Shown piece after piece: positions 35,031 through 44,402 of a DNA stretch of 64,000 nt (the stretch's first letter is position 1; the number at the start of each line of letters is the position of its first letter). The notes below the pieces were generated by a model. That model did no database searches, was not told the DNA's origin, and worked only from the letters and a program-made list of their open reading frames with translations. Source of the DNA: Acidimicrobiales bacterium (GTDB lineage Bacteria > Actinomycetota > Acidimicrobiia > Acidimicrobiales > Acidimicrobilacustridaceae); contig JAXLRI010000014.1 of NCBI GenBank assembly GCA_046331175.1, forward strand, positions 71,287 through 135,286, read 5' to 3'. The position numbers and the translations under genes are program-made.

Positions 35031-37865
35031 TCAGCTGAAGTAGCCGACCAGGTCGACCAGCACGTCGACGGAGCCGCGGTTGTTGAAGACGGAGATGGTG
35101 TTGCCGGTGCCGACCTTCACCACCACGAGGTTGGGGATGACGTCACCGGCTCGGAAGTTCAGGTTCGACGCCGTCGGCATCGCCACCCCGGTGTCCCACA
35201 GCGTCAGGTGCGAGTCGGCCGTCGGGTTCACCGCCGTCACGTTCAGGACGACCGCGCTCACGCCCTGCGGGGGGACGCCGGCCAGGCCGGCCACCGCCAC
35301 CGTGCGGGTCTGCCCCGGACCCCAGGGCGTGCCGTCGGGGCCCACCTGCTCCGGCGGCGGCCGGGAGTCGAGCACGCGGGTCGGGGTCACCGCGGTGAGC
35401 CGGCCGCCGCTGGGTCGCAGCGAGTAGTAGCCGACGACGTCCGCCACCACGTCGACCGAGCCGCTGTTGTTGAACAGGGTCACCTTGCCGCCGGATCCCA
35501 GCTTGGCCACGACGAGGTTCGGGATGGTCCGCCCGGCGGGGAAGTTCAGGTTGGACGCCAAGGGACGGGGTGCGCCGGCCGGCCAGACCGACAGGAAGGA
35601 CTCGGCCGACGGGTTCACCGCCGTCACGTTCAGCACCACGCCGGTGACCGAGATCGTCGGGACGCCCGAACCGGGGACACCGGTGATCTGGACGTCGCGC
35701 GACTCCCCGGCCGACCACGGGGCCGGACTCGTGCCGGTCCCGTCGCGCGAGTCGAGCAGCCGGAACGGGGTCACGGCGGTGAGCTGGACGCCAGGAGCCT
35801 GCATCTCCGAGCCGGCGAAGGCGTCGTCGTCGTAGTAGCCGACGACGTCGGCGACGACGTTCACGAACCCCGCGCTGTTGAACACCTCGATCCAGCCCTC
35901 GTCACCGACCTGCACGGTCACCAGGTTGGGCACCGTCTGGCCCGCCACGAAGTTCAGGTTCGAGGCGACCGGCCGGGCGACCCCATGGGGCCACAACGTC
36001 AGGTGGGACGTGGCCGTGGCGCCGGTGACCGTCACGTTCAGCACCACCGCCGAGGCGTAGTACATCTCCACCGCCGCGTCGGTCACCTTGACCGCCCGCG
36101 TCTCCCCCGGCCACCAGGGGATGCCATAGGGGCCCACCTGCTCGGGCGGCGGCCGCGAGTCGAGGATCCGGGTCGGCACCAGCGGGTGGTAGGCCGCTCC
36201 GTTCGGAGCCCGCCGCAGGTCGGTGGCGGCGACCACCTTCACCACGTTCTGGCAATCGGTCGAGGTGATCCCATGGCTGCCGATGAGCAGCGAGCAGGCC
36301 TCGACCAGGGCGGCGCCGAGGTCGGCGTAGCTGCTGCCGGGGAGCAGGTAGGCGGTCTCCACGAGGTAGAAGATCCGGGCCGTCTCGTCGACGCCCAGCC
36401 CGGTCACGGTCTGACCGTTGAACGACCCACCGTCGGCCATCAGGAACGCCGCCTTGTTCCCGACCCCGCTGTTGACGTGGACGCCGGCGCGGTCGAGGTT
36501 CGTGTCGCTGAAGAGGGGGCTGCCCATCCGGTCCGGCTGGTTGTGCTCGGGCGGGTTCGCCATGGAGCGGGTGCCCCCTGACGCCCAGTCCTCGCCGAGC
36601 CGCCACCTGGCCGCCGGCGTGTCGTCGTCCCAGGCGGTGTTCGTGGCCTGGTCGACGAGCTCGCCGAACACGTCCGACATCGACTCGCTGATCGCCCCCG
36701 ACTGCCCGAAGTACACGAGGCCCGAGGTGCGCTCGGTGATGCCGTGGGTCAGCTCGTGGGCGAGGACGTCGTCGGTGCTCCCCAGTCCCGCACCGAACAC
36801 CACGTGGTCCTGACCCCAGTAGGCGTCGTGGTACGGGCAGCCGGCCATCGCGCTGGTGCAGTAGTCGACGGTCGCCACGAGCGGCATGCCCGCGCCGTCG
36901 ATGCTGTCGCGACCGAAGCGCGTCCAGAAGTAGTCGTAGGTGGCGCCAAGCAGGTCGTAGGTCCGGTCGACCTCGGCCACCCCGGTGGCCGGGCCGCCCT
37001 CGACCCGCGCCGCACCGGAGGCGAAGCAGTACTCGTCCCGTGCCGGGTCGCTCTGGTTGTCGCACACCCGGCGGTCCTTGGCGTGGGGCGTCTGGTCGAA
37101 GTGCAGGACGACGCCTCCGGCGCGCCCGTCCACCAGCACCAGCTCGCGCACGGCACCGGCCACCACCTCCACGGCCCACACCAGCCGCGCGCCGGGCGCC
37201 CCCGATGCGCCGACCACCACCGGGTCGTAGACCTCCAGCCGCGGCGCGCCCGACACCACGCCCCCGGCGACCAGACCAGACGCCGTCACCGCCGCCGCCT
37301 CGGCAGGAACGGCCGGCGACAGCCCCACCGCCGAGGACGGCAACGTGTCGGCCATGGTCGACAGCACGCGACCGTCCGACCCCACCTGGACCGAGACCGC
37401 AGCGGCGAACACCGGAAGCCCGGCGAACCGCTGCTCGAACCGCACCGCCGTGCCACCGTCGGGGATGGCCGTCCGGCGGGTCTCCACCAGGGACTCGCCG
37501 GCCTCGTCCACCCCGAACAGCGGGGCGTACCGATCGATGAACGAGCGGGCCGCTCCGGCGTGATCGGCTGTCGACTGCGTCGTCAGGGGCTCGTCGAGCG
37601 AACCCGCGAGCAGCACCACCGCGCCCGTCTCCGACGACCGCTGCACCACCACCGACCCGCTGCCCACCTGCTGCAGCTCGTCCACCAGCCTCTGCTGGGC
37701 GCTCGTGGGCGATCCGCTCGACATCGGCGGCGAGCCGTCGTCCACGGCAGCCGGGGACGCCGACGCCACGGGGCCGCCACCCGCGGCGATCCCCGCGACC
37801 GCGGGCACCACGAGCGCGACGAGGAGGACGGCCACCGACCGGCGCACTCGCAGGGTCCCGCCCAT
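35031..37865 (-). CDS. Secreted M4 (thermolysin-like) zinc metallopeptidase with three C-terminal repeat modules
   Basis: ORF 35031..37865 has a signal peptide and a propeptide. The catalytic motif is VLAHELTHGITE...GAISESMSDVFGE (HExxH plus E). Three repeats of about 120 aa occupy 35034-36195. Confidence 0.92.
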   Translation of the reverse strand: MGGTLRVRRSVAVLLVALVVPAVAGIAAGGGPVASASPAAVDDGSPPMSSGSPTSAQQRLVDELQQVGSGSVVVQRSSETGAVVLLAGSLDEPLTTQSTADHAGAARSFIDRYAPLFGVDEAGESLVETRRTAIPDGGTAVRFEQRFAGLPVFAAAVSVQVGSDGRVLSTMADTLPSSAVGLSPAVPAEAAAVTASGLVAGGVVSGAPRLEVYDPVVVGASGAPGARLVWAVEVVAGAVRELVLVDGRAGGVVLHFDQTPHAKDRRVCDNQSDPARDEYCFASGAARVEGGPATGVAEVDRTYDLLGATYDYFWTRFGRDSIDGAGMPLVATVDYCTSAMAGCPYHDAYWGQDHVVFGAGLGSTDDVLAHELTHGITERTSGLVYFGQSGAISESMSDVFGELVDQATNTAWDDDTPAARWRLGEDWASGGTRSMANPPEHNQPDRMGSPLFSDTNLDRAGVHVNSGVGNKAAFLMADGGSFNGQTVTGLGVDETARIFYLVETAYLLPGSSYADLGAALVEACSLLIGSHGITSTDCQNVVKVVAATDLRRAPNGAAYHPLVPTRILDSRPPPEQVGPYGIPWWPGETRAVKVTDAAVEMYYASAVVLNVTVTGATATSHLTLWPHGVARPVASNLNFVAGQTVPNLVTVQVGDEGWIEVFNSAGFVNVVADVVGYYDDDAFAGSEMQAPGVQLTAVTPFRLLDSRDGTGTSPAPWSAGESRDVQITGVPGSGVPTISVTGVVLNVTAVNPSAESFLSVWPAGAPRPLASNLNFPAGRTIPNLVVAKLGSGGKVTLFNNSGSVDVVADVVGYYSLRPSGGRLTAVTPTRVLDSRPPPEQVGPDGTPWGPGQTRTVAVAGLAGVPPQGVSAVVLNVTAVNPTADSHLTLWDTGVAMPTASNLNFRAGDVIPNLVVVKVGTGNTISVFNNRGSVDVLVDLVGYFS

Positions 37866-38048
37866 GGCGACCTCCTCGCTCGAGGACCGTCACGCTCGGG
37901 CGAGGCCCTCCGGGGCCGGCGGGAGCCGTTCGACCCCAGCCGCCGCGATGGTCGGCGCCGACCGCCCGCCGGGCTAGAGGCGAACGGCCCGCCACCTGGC
38001 CGGGGCCGGGCGGCGGCGATGACGAGGGCCGGATCCCCATGACCCAAT

Positions 38049-38070
38049 AGTTCTAATCTTTGCTAGAACT
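38049..38070. promoter_or_regulatory. Palindrome AGTTCTA-N8-TAGAACT in an AT-rich island
   Basis: It lies about 185 bp upstream of the M4 peptidase start (37865, minus). It contains CTAG, which appears uncommon in this DNA. Confidence 0.4.
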
Positions 38071-38154
38071 CTCCTCAGATGGAGCTCCCGGCCGGCGACG
38101 AGAGCCGGCCGGGACGCCGACGTCCGGAGCGGCGCCGGATCCCGAGGAGGACGG

Positions 38155-38283
38155 GTGACCACCCCTGGCGACCACCGCGAACCGAGCGACGAGCGGCCGC
38201 GTCACCCGACGGCGCAGGCGGCCTGGCTCCTCGTCGGCGTGACCGTGCTTCTGGTGGTGCTCGCGGTGCTGAGCTCGACCTGA
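38155..38283 (+). CDS. Possible 42-aa single-TM peptide
   Basis: My own translation from GTG 38155 (GAGGAGG 4 nt upstream) gives VTTPGDHREPSDERPRHPTAQAAWLLVGVTVLLVVLAVLSST. It is below the ORF-track size cutoff. Confidence 0.3.
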   Translation: MTTPGDHREPSDERPRHPTAQAAWLLVGVTVLLVVLAVLSST

Positions 38284-38335
38284 CGACGTTCGCCGACCGG
38301 TGCCGCGCGCCGCGGCGGACGCGGGGAGCCGGGTC

Positions 38336-38983
38336 CTACGGGACCAGGTGGCACCGCAGCCGGCAGTGGGCCCGGCGCGGGTCCTTGGGCACCAGCTCGT
38401 CGACCTCGATCCCGTCGATGCGCTCGGCCATCCCCTGGGCCATGCCGAGGTGCAGCTCGCAGACCGTGTCGGGGTCGGCGAGGGCCGTCGTCGCGAACGG
38501 GCAGGCGCGCAGGGTCAGGTCGACCTCGCCGCCCTTCTGGCGCACGGTCGGCTCGAACCCGTGGCGGGCCATCTGCTCGACCAGCAGGTCGACGGGGCCG
38601 GACGCCTGGCGGCGACCGAGGCCCTGGCGCCGCCCGGCCCGCCGGCCGACCTCCCGCGGCGAGTCGCCGGTGCGGACGACCTCGGCCAGCCACAGCGAGA
38701 GGCGCTCGTACGGGCCGGTCACCCCCCACCGGCCGTCGGCCGCCGGGTCGACGACGTACACCAGCCGGGGGCGGCCCCGACCGGCGCTGGGCGCGGTGCC
38801 CTCGTCGACCAGGCCGGCGACGACCAGCTTGGCGAGGTGCTGGCGGATGGCGTTGTGGTTCAGCCCGAAGTGCTCGGTCAGCTCGGCCACGTCCACCGGC
38901 CGATCGGCGTCGGCCACGTAGCGGAAGATGCCGTGGCGGGTGGGATCGCCGAGCGCCCGGGCCTGCTCCTGGAGGTTGCTCAT
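38336..38983 (-). CDS. ArsR-type winged-HTH transcriptional regulator with C-terminal effector domain
   Basis: This is the tail of ORF 38336..39295 from MSNLQEQARALGDPTRHGIFRYV...VAELTEHFGLNHNAIRQHLAKLVVAGLV. Confidence 0.8.
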   Translation of the reverse strand: MSNLQEQARALGDPTRHGIFRYVADADRPVDVAELTEHFGLNHNAIRQHLAKLVVAGLVDEGTAPSAGRGRPRLVYVVDPAADGRWGVTGPYERLSLWLAEVVRTGDSPREVGRRAGRRQGLGRRQASGPVDLLVEQMARHGFEPTVRQKGGEVDLTLRACPFATTALADPDTVCELHLGMAQGMAERIDGIEVDELVPKDPRRAHCRLRCHLVP

Positions 38984-39374
38984 GGCCGGTCCCCTCGGTC
39001 GTCGTCGCCCTATTCTTCTAGTGATGCATAGACCTTTCAAGGACGATGCCGTCGGCCACCGGGGCGGATCCGTCGCCGGGTCCGACACCGTCGAGGCGCG
39101 GGCGCCGGAGACCCGAGCCGCCGCCGACAAGGTCGTGGAGCATCCCGGCCCGGCCCCGCGCGACATCGTCGAGGGATGCCGCGAGCACCCAACCGATGGC
39201 CCGGTCGACGGCCCGGCCGACGAGGGCGGCGACCCGCCGTGCTGGGCCCACCTGCTCGACGCGGAGGGAGACGAGCCCACCTCACCGGAGCGCACTTCTT
39301 CTATTCCTCACTAGAGATTTTCTTCCGGCCCTGCTAGAGATGTCCCGCCGGACGCGCACCGGCCGGAGGATCCC

Positions 39375-39641
39375 ATGCCCGTCGACCCCAGGCCCCGAGC
39401 ACCGCAGCCGTCGCCTCGATCGACCCCGGCACCCCGTCCGGCCGCCACGGTCGGCGCCCTGGCCGTCCTCGCGGCCGGGAGCGCGGCGGCAGCCGTGGCC
39501 ATCACCGGGGGCCTGGCCCTCGCCCTGGGCGCGTCGGTCGGGCCGCTCGTCGTCGGCGCGCTGATCGGCGCCGCCCTCGGCATCGCCGGAGGCCGTCTGG
39601 TGCTGCACGCCCTGCGCGTCCGCCCCCGTCGTCGCGCCTGA
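39375..39641 (+). CDS. Hypothetical small membrane protein
   Basis: ORF 39375..39641 has a Pro/Arg-rich N-terminus followed by two Gly/Ala-rich hydrophobic segments. Support is weak. Confidence 0.4.
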   Translation: MPVDPRPRAPQPSPRSTPAPRPAATVGALAVLAAGSAAAAVAITGGLALALGASVGPLVVGALIGAALGIAGGRLVLHALRVRPRRRA

Positions 39642-39723
39642 CCCGCAGCCCACCCGGCGCCGCCTCGGGGTGCGATCGGGTCGCCGAGCAGCTGCTGGGG
39701 GCCGGAGTCGTGTGACCGGGGGC

Positions 39724-39745
39724 GAAATGAATGACCACTCATTTC
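39724..39745. promoter_or_regulatory. Palindrome GAAATGA-N8-TCATTTC, candidate TetR operator
   Basis: It is an AT-rich site 12 bp upstream of the TetR ATG (39757). Confidence 0.45.
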
Positions 39746-39756
39746 GTATCTCACCC

Positions 39757-40353
39757 ATGGGTCGCATCAAGGGCAGGCGCGCCGAGGACACCCGACAGCA
39801 GGTGGTCGACGGCGCCGCCGAGGCGTTCGCCCGCCACGGCTACGAGGGCGCCCGGGTGAGCGACATCGCCGCCGTCGCCGGCGTGAGCAGCGGCGCCATG
39901 GACAACCACTTCGGGTCCAAGGCCGACCTCCTGGCCGCCGTGGTCGAGCGCCACGCCTGCGACCAGCTCGACGCCTGGGCGGAGGGGGACACCTCGGGGG
40001 GGCTGCTGGCGATGGTCCAGGAGCACGGCGCCCAGCTGGTCGAGCCGCAACCGGGGTCGGCACTGCTCGTCGAGGTGGTCGCCGCCGCCCGCCGCCACCC
40101 CGAGGTGCTGGCGATCCTCACCCACGAGGCCGGGAGCCGCGAGGAGGTCCTGGCCCAGGCCATCGCCGCCGGCCAGGAGGTCGACGAGGTCGACCCCGCC
40201 CTCGATCCCCACGCCGTCGCCCGCTTCATGTTCACCGTGGTGCTCGGCGCCGCGGTCGCCCAGGAGGCCGCCCTGCCGGCCGTGCCCGCCGACGCGTGGA
40301 CGACGCTGCTCGACCGCGTCATCGCCGCCCTTCGACCCGAGGAACGCCCATGA
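39757..40353 (+). CDS. TetR-family transcriptional regulator
   Basis: This is the tail of ORF 39670..40353 from MGRIKGRRAEDTRQQVVDGAAEAFARHGYEGARVSDIAAVAGVSSGAMDNHF. Confidence 0.85.
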   Translation: MGRIKGRRAEDTRQQVVDGAAEAFARHGYEGARVSDIAAVAGVSSGAMDNHFGSKADLLAAVVERHACDQLDAWAEGDTSGGLLAMVQEHGAQLVEPQPGSALLVEVVAAARRHPEVLAILTHEAGSREEVLAQAIAAGQEVDEVDPALDPHAVARFMFTVVLGAAVAQEAALPAVPADAWTTLLDRVIAALRPEERP

Positions 40354-41096
40354 CCACGACCACCGACGCCACCACCGCCCCGAGCGGCCCGAACGGTCCG
40401 AGCGGCGACGCCTTCGTCGCGCCGACGATCGAGGAGGTGCGCGAGCGCCTGCGGATGCCGATGGTCGACGCCATGCGCACCCAGCGCGCCGTGCGCCGGC
40501 TCCACACCGATCCGGTCGACCTCGACCTGGTCTACGAGCTGCTCGAGCTGTCGCTGAAGGCGCCGACCTCGTCGAACACGCAGGACTGGGTGTACATGGT
40601 CGTGACCGGCCGCGAGCAGAAGGAACGGCTCGCCAAGCTCTACCTCCCCCTCTTCCGCACCTTCGACCCCCTCGTGCGACGGAGCGCCAAGACCGACCAG
40701 GAGCGGCGGGCGATGGCACCGGGGCGCTGGCAGGCCGAGCACTTCGCCGACCTCCCCGTGTTCGTCATCCCTTGCTACCGCACGGGGATGAAGCACCGCT
40801 CCGTCGGGTGGCCCCAGATCTCGGTGTCGTCCTTCTACGGCTCGGTCTACCCGGCCGTGCAGAACCTGCTGCTCGCGTGCGGGGCGGTCGGGCTGGGGGC
40901 CTCGCTGCAGACCCTGCCCATCTGGCTCACCCCCGTCGCCTCGCGCATCCTCGGCCTCCCCAAGGGGCTGCGGCCGGTGTGCGTCATCCCGATCGGCTGG
41001 GCCAAGGGGAGGTACGGGCCCACCACCCGCCGCCCGATCGACGAGGTCGTCCACATCGACCGCTACGGCAACCAGCCGAGCCGCACCTCGGCCTGA
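40350..41096 (+). CDS. Nitroreductase-family protein
   Basis: This is ORF 40296..41096 from MTTTTDAT. It contains MRTQRAVRRLHTDPV...SLKAPTSSNTQDW. The ATG overlaps the TetR stop (ATGA). Confidence 0.85.
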   Translation: MTTTTDATTAPSGPNGPSGDAFVAPTIEEVRERLRMPMVDAMRTQRAVRRLHTDPVDLDLVYELLELSLKAPTSSNTQDWVYMVVTGREQKERLAKLYLPLFRTFDPLVRRSAKTDQERRAMAPGRWQAEHFADLPVFVIPCYRTGMKHRSVGWPQISVSSFYGSVYPAVQNLLLACGAVGLGASLQTLPIWLTPVASRILGLPKGLRPVCVIPIGWAKGRYGPTTRRPIDEVVHIDRYGNQPSRTSA

Positions 41097-41251
41097 CGAC
41101 GCGCCGGCCAACTCGCCGGGCCGGCCGTCCGCGCACCTCGCTCGGTCCGACCCGGTGGTGTCGCGGCTCGCTACGGTGACCCCACAGCCGACCGCCCCAG
41201 GCCCTCGAGCGGCGCGAGACCCGGTGGCGAACCCGAAGGAGGGGAACCCCC

Positions 41252-41839
41252 ATGCGCAGGTCCGCGGGCACGCTCGTCGTCACCGCCATCGTCCTCGGCG
41301 GGGCCGCGGCCGGGTGCGGCAGCCACGACAGCGCGAGCGGTCACGGTGCGTCGGCCACCACGACGCCGGCGGGGCGCACCATCGCCGTGACGATGACCGA
41401 CAACGCCTTCCAGCCGACCTCGTTCCGGGTCGCCAAGGGCGAGACGGTGACGTTCACCTTCACCAACGATGGGAAGGTGACCCACGAGGCGGTCCTCGGC
41501 GACGAGGCCGCCCAGATGGACCACCACCGACAGATGACCGGGACGACGGGGACGACGGACCACCACGGCGCCACGACCGGATCGACCGGGGCGATGGACC
41601 ACCACGCCGCCATGGCCGACGGCGGCGACGCGGACCACCACCGCAAGAGCGACTCCACCGCTCCGTCGGGATCCGGCCACGCCGGCGGCGCGATGCACGA
41701 CGACGACGCCGTCACGGTGGAGCCGGGACGATCGGGATCGATCACCCACACCTTCAGCGAGTCCGGCACCTACCTCATCGGCTGCCACGAACCCGGCCAC
41801 TGGGAGGCCGGCATGAAGGCCACCGTCGAGGTGCCCTGA
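41252..41839 (+). CDS. Cupredoxin-domain copper-binding lipoprotein with His/Met-rich insert
   Basis: ORF 41252..41839 has a lipobox (AAGC), a DHH-rich insert and a type-1 Cu site (GCHEPGHWEAGM). Confidence 0.85.
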   Translation: MRRSAGTLVVTAIVLGGAAAGCGSHDSASGHGASATTTPAGRTIAVTMTDNAFQPTSFRVAKGETVTFTFTNDGKVTHEAVLGDEAAQMDHHRQMTGTTGTTDHHGATTGSTGAMDHHAAMADGGDADHHRKSDSTAPSGSGHAGGAMHDDDAVTVEPGRSGSITHTFSESGTYLIGCHEPGHWEAGMKATVEVP

Positions 41840-41873
41840 ACGGTCGCGTGGCGGTCGACCGGCGTCGGTTCTC

Positions 41874-41889
41874 ATACCCCTAGGGGTAT
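41874..41889. promoter_or_regulatory. Perfect 16-bp palindrome ATACCCCTAGGGGTAT (CsoR/RicR-type operator-like)
   Basis: It lies 34 bp upstream of the DUF302-multicopper oxidase pair. Confidence 0.55.
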
Positions 41890-41922
41890 CGTGGTCCCAT
41901 CCCCGGACGACAGGAGCCGACG

Positions 41923-42318
41923 ATGGACGCGATCGAGACCGTGGTGCCCAGCACGCTCGACGAGGCCGAGGCGGCCGTGCGCGCCGCCCTCGCCGAGCAC
42001 GGCTTCGGCGTCCTCACCGAGATCGATGTGGCGGCGACGCTGCGCGCCAAGCTTGGCGTCGACCGCCCTCCACTGAAGATCCTCGGCGCCTGCAACCCGA
42101 ACCTCGCCGACCAGGCCCTGCAGATCGACCCGTCGGTGGCCCTGGTCCTGCCGTGCAACGTGGTCCTCACCCCGGCCGAGGGCGGCGGCACCACCGTGTC
42201 GGTCGTCGACCCCCGCCGACTGATGGACGATCCGGCGTTCGCTGAGCTGGCCGACGATGCCGCCGCCCGACTCCGGGCCGCACTGGAGGGTGCCGCGGCT
42301 GCGCCCCCGTCGCCATGA
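41923..42318 (+). CDS. DUF302-domain protein
   Basis: ORF 41923..42318 reads GFGVLTEIDVAATLRAKLG...KILGACNP...ALVLPCNVVL. Confidence 0.85.
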   Translation: MDAIETVVPSTLDEAEAAVRAALAEHGFGVLTEIDVAATLRAKLGVDRPPLKILGACNPNLADQALQIDPSVALVLPCNVVLTPAEGGGTTVSVVDPRRLMDDPAFAELADDAAARLRAALEGAAAAPPSP

Positions 42319-43817
42319 CCCCGGCACCGAGGTTGACCCGGCGGGCCGCGCTCGGCCTCTTCGGGGCCGGCACGGCGTCCGTCGTGCTGGCGGGCTGCGG
42401 CCTCGGCGACGGTGACGCCGCCGCGCCCACCGGTCCGACGGGCTCGACCACGCCCTCTGCCGGCGGCGCGCTCCCCGTCCCGACCGAGCTCCGCAGCACC
42501 GGTGGCCTGCTCGACGTCGATCTGGTGGCGGCGCCGGTGCAGCTGCCGTGGGGGGACCGCACGCGGTACGCACTCGCCTTCAACGGCGCCGTTCCCGGCC
42601 CCACGTTGCGCGTCCACCCCGGCGACACCCTCCGCATCACCCTGCGCAACGAGCTCGGCGAGCCGACCAACCTGCACACCCACGGGCTCCACGTCTCGCC
42701 GGAGGGAACCGGCGACGACGTGTTCGTGATGGTCGATCCCGGTGGAAGCCACCGCTACGAGTACCAGATCCCCGCCGACCACCCACCAGGTCTGTTCTGG
42801 TACCACCCACACCACCACGGCACGGTCGCCGGCCAGGTCTCGGCCGGGATGGCGGGGGCCATCGTGGTGGACGACGGCACGACCATCCCGGCGACCGAGC
42901 GGATCCTCGTCCTGTCCGACCCTCGGATCGGGTCCACCGCCGCCGTGCTCGACGCCTCGGCCGCCGAGCGCCAGCAGGGCCGGGAGGGCGACGCGATCCT
43001 CGTCAACGGGGCTCCGTCTCCCACGGTCGAGGCGGCGGCGGGCTCCACCGAGCGATGGCGGATCCTGAACGCCAGCCCGTCGCGCTTCTACCGGCTGCGC
43101 ACCGGGGCGACGATGACCCAGATCGGCACCGACCAGGGGCCCCTCGATCAGGCTCGCTCGGTCGACGAGCTGCTGCTGGTCCCCGGCCAGCGCGCCGACC
43201 TGTTGGTGCCCGTCGGCACCGACCCGCTGACGCTGGCCACCGAGCCGGTCGAGCGCGGCGGGATGGGCGGCCGTGGAACGGGTGGCATGGGCGGCATGGG
43301 TGGCATGGGCCGACGCAACGGCTCGGGCTCGACCACGTCATCGGCCGGCACGACGACCCTGCTCACCGTCCGGCCGAGCGGGACCGCGCCGCCCGACACG
43401 ACGGCCCCGACGACGCTCCCGGCCCCGCCGCGCCCCTCGGTCGAACGGATCGATCGTCGGCGGACGGTCTCCCTCGGCGCCATGGGGATGGGCGCCGGCC
43501 AGCTCGTCATCGACGGCCGCAGCTTCTCCCCAGACCGGATCGACACGACCGCGCAGCTCGGCACCGTCGAGGAGTGGACGCTCACCAACGACTCGATGAT
43601 GGACCACCCGTTCCACATCCACGTGTGGCCCTTCGTCGTGACCGAGCGCTCCGACGGCACCCCCGATCCCGGCTGGCGGGACACGGTCGACGTGCCCGCC
43701 GGCGGTTCGGTGACCGTGCGCATCCCGTTCACGGACCTCGGTGGCACCACCGTGTACCACTGCCACATCCTCGACCACGAGGACCTCGGCATGATGGCCA
43801 CGATCCGCGCCACCTGA
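42315..43817 (+). CDS. Tat-exported multicopper oxidase
   Basis: ORF 42315..43817 has a twin-Arg signal (TRRAALG) and Cu motifs HTHGLH, WYHPHHHG, HPFHIHVWPF and HCHILDHEDLGMM. It also carries a Gly/Met-rich insert (GGMGGRGTGGMGGMGGMG). Confidence 0.92.
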   Translation: MTPAPRLTRRAALGLFGAGTASVVLAGCGLGDGDAAAPTGPTGSTTPSAGGALPVPTELRSTGGLLDVDLVAAPVQLPWGDRTRYALAFNGAVPGPTLRVHPGDTLRITLRNELGEPTNLHTHGLHVSPEGTGDDVFVMVDPGGSHRYEYQIPADHPPGLFWYHPHHHGTVAGQVSAGMAGAIVVDDGTTIPATERILVLSDPRIGSTAAVLDASAAERQQGREGDAILVNGAPSPTVEAAAGSTERWRILNASPSRFYRLRTGATMTQIGTDQGPLDQARSVDELLLVPGQRADLLVPVGTDPLTLATEPVERGGMGGRGTGGMGGMGGMGRRNGSGSTTSSAGTTTLLTVRPSGTAPPDTTAPTTLPAPPRPSVERIDRRRTVSLGAMGMGAGQLVIDGRSFSPDRIDTTAQLGTVEEWTLTNDSMMDHPFHIHVWPFVVTERSDGTPDPGWRDTVDVPAGGSVTVRIPFTDLGGTTVYHCHILDHEDLGMMATIRAT

Positions 43818-43955
43818 CGACGCCATCGACCTGGGTCAGATCACAGCAGGTTGCTGCTCGACACCTCGCTCGCCGACCTCGCCCGCGGGGCGACCGCCGC
43901 CGTGACGACGTCGCCCTGCCCTAGGCTGCGGCGACTCGACGAGAGGGGGCGGACG

Positions 43956-44402
43956 GTGACCGACAAGAGCTCGTTCAGCGAGGACGACTGGAAGGTCCTG
44001 CGGGACGTGCCGATCTTCAGCGCATCGCTCCTCCTGCGGGTCGGGCCGCGCAACATGGTGTCGGCGGTGCACGAGGTGGAGGCGGGCAAGAAGGTCCTCA
44101 AGCACGCCGAGGGCTACGGCGAGGCCGACCCGCTGATCGCCGAGCTGGCGAAGGCGGCCAAGGGCCAGATGGCGCGGTGGGACGGCCAGCGGGCGAGCGC
44201 CCACAAGGGCGCCGAGGCGACCGAGTCGATGCTCGGCCTCCTCACGAAGGCCAACGCCATCCTCGACACCATCCCGCCCGCCGAGGCGGCCGGGGTCCGG
44301 AAGTGGTACGTCGCCATCGCCGAGGCGGTCCCCGACGGCACGAAGCACGCCACCGACGCCGAGCGCGAGATGCTCGACCGCATCACCGCCATCTTCCAGT
44401 GA
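43956..44402 (+). CDS. Hypothetical protein
   Basis: This is ORF 43851..44402 from GTG 43956, with GAGGGGG upstream. It has helical, normal composition. I recognise no family. Confidence 0.6.
   Translation: MTDKSSFSEDDWKVLRDVPIFSASLLLRVGPRNMVSAVHEVEAGKKVLKHAEGYGEADPLIAELAKAAKGQMARWDGQRASAHKGAEATESMLGLLTKANAILDTIPPAEAAGVRKWYVAIAEAVPDGTKHATDAEREMLDRITAIFQ

Noticed and set aside
38928-39314. Plus-strand ORF divergent from the ArsR-type regulator, ending ...GGDPPCWAHLLDAEGDEPTSPERTSSIPH.
   Set aside because: It is an acidic, low-complexity sequence with no clear start, RBS or family. It may just fill the regulatory gap between the two AT-rich islands.
41100-44402. A CsoR/CopY/MerR-type copper regulator gene in the copper module. 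The hypothetical 43956..44402 was considered.
   Set aside because: The 148-aa product lacks the Cys-His-Cys ligand pattern and size of CsoR and has no HTH. No other small regulator ORF is present.
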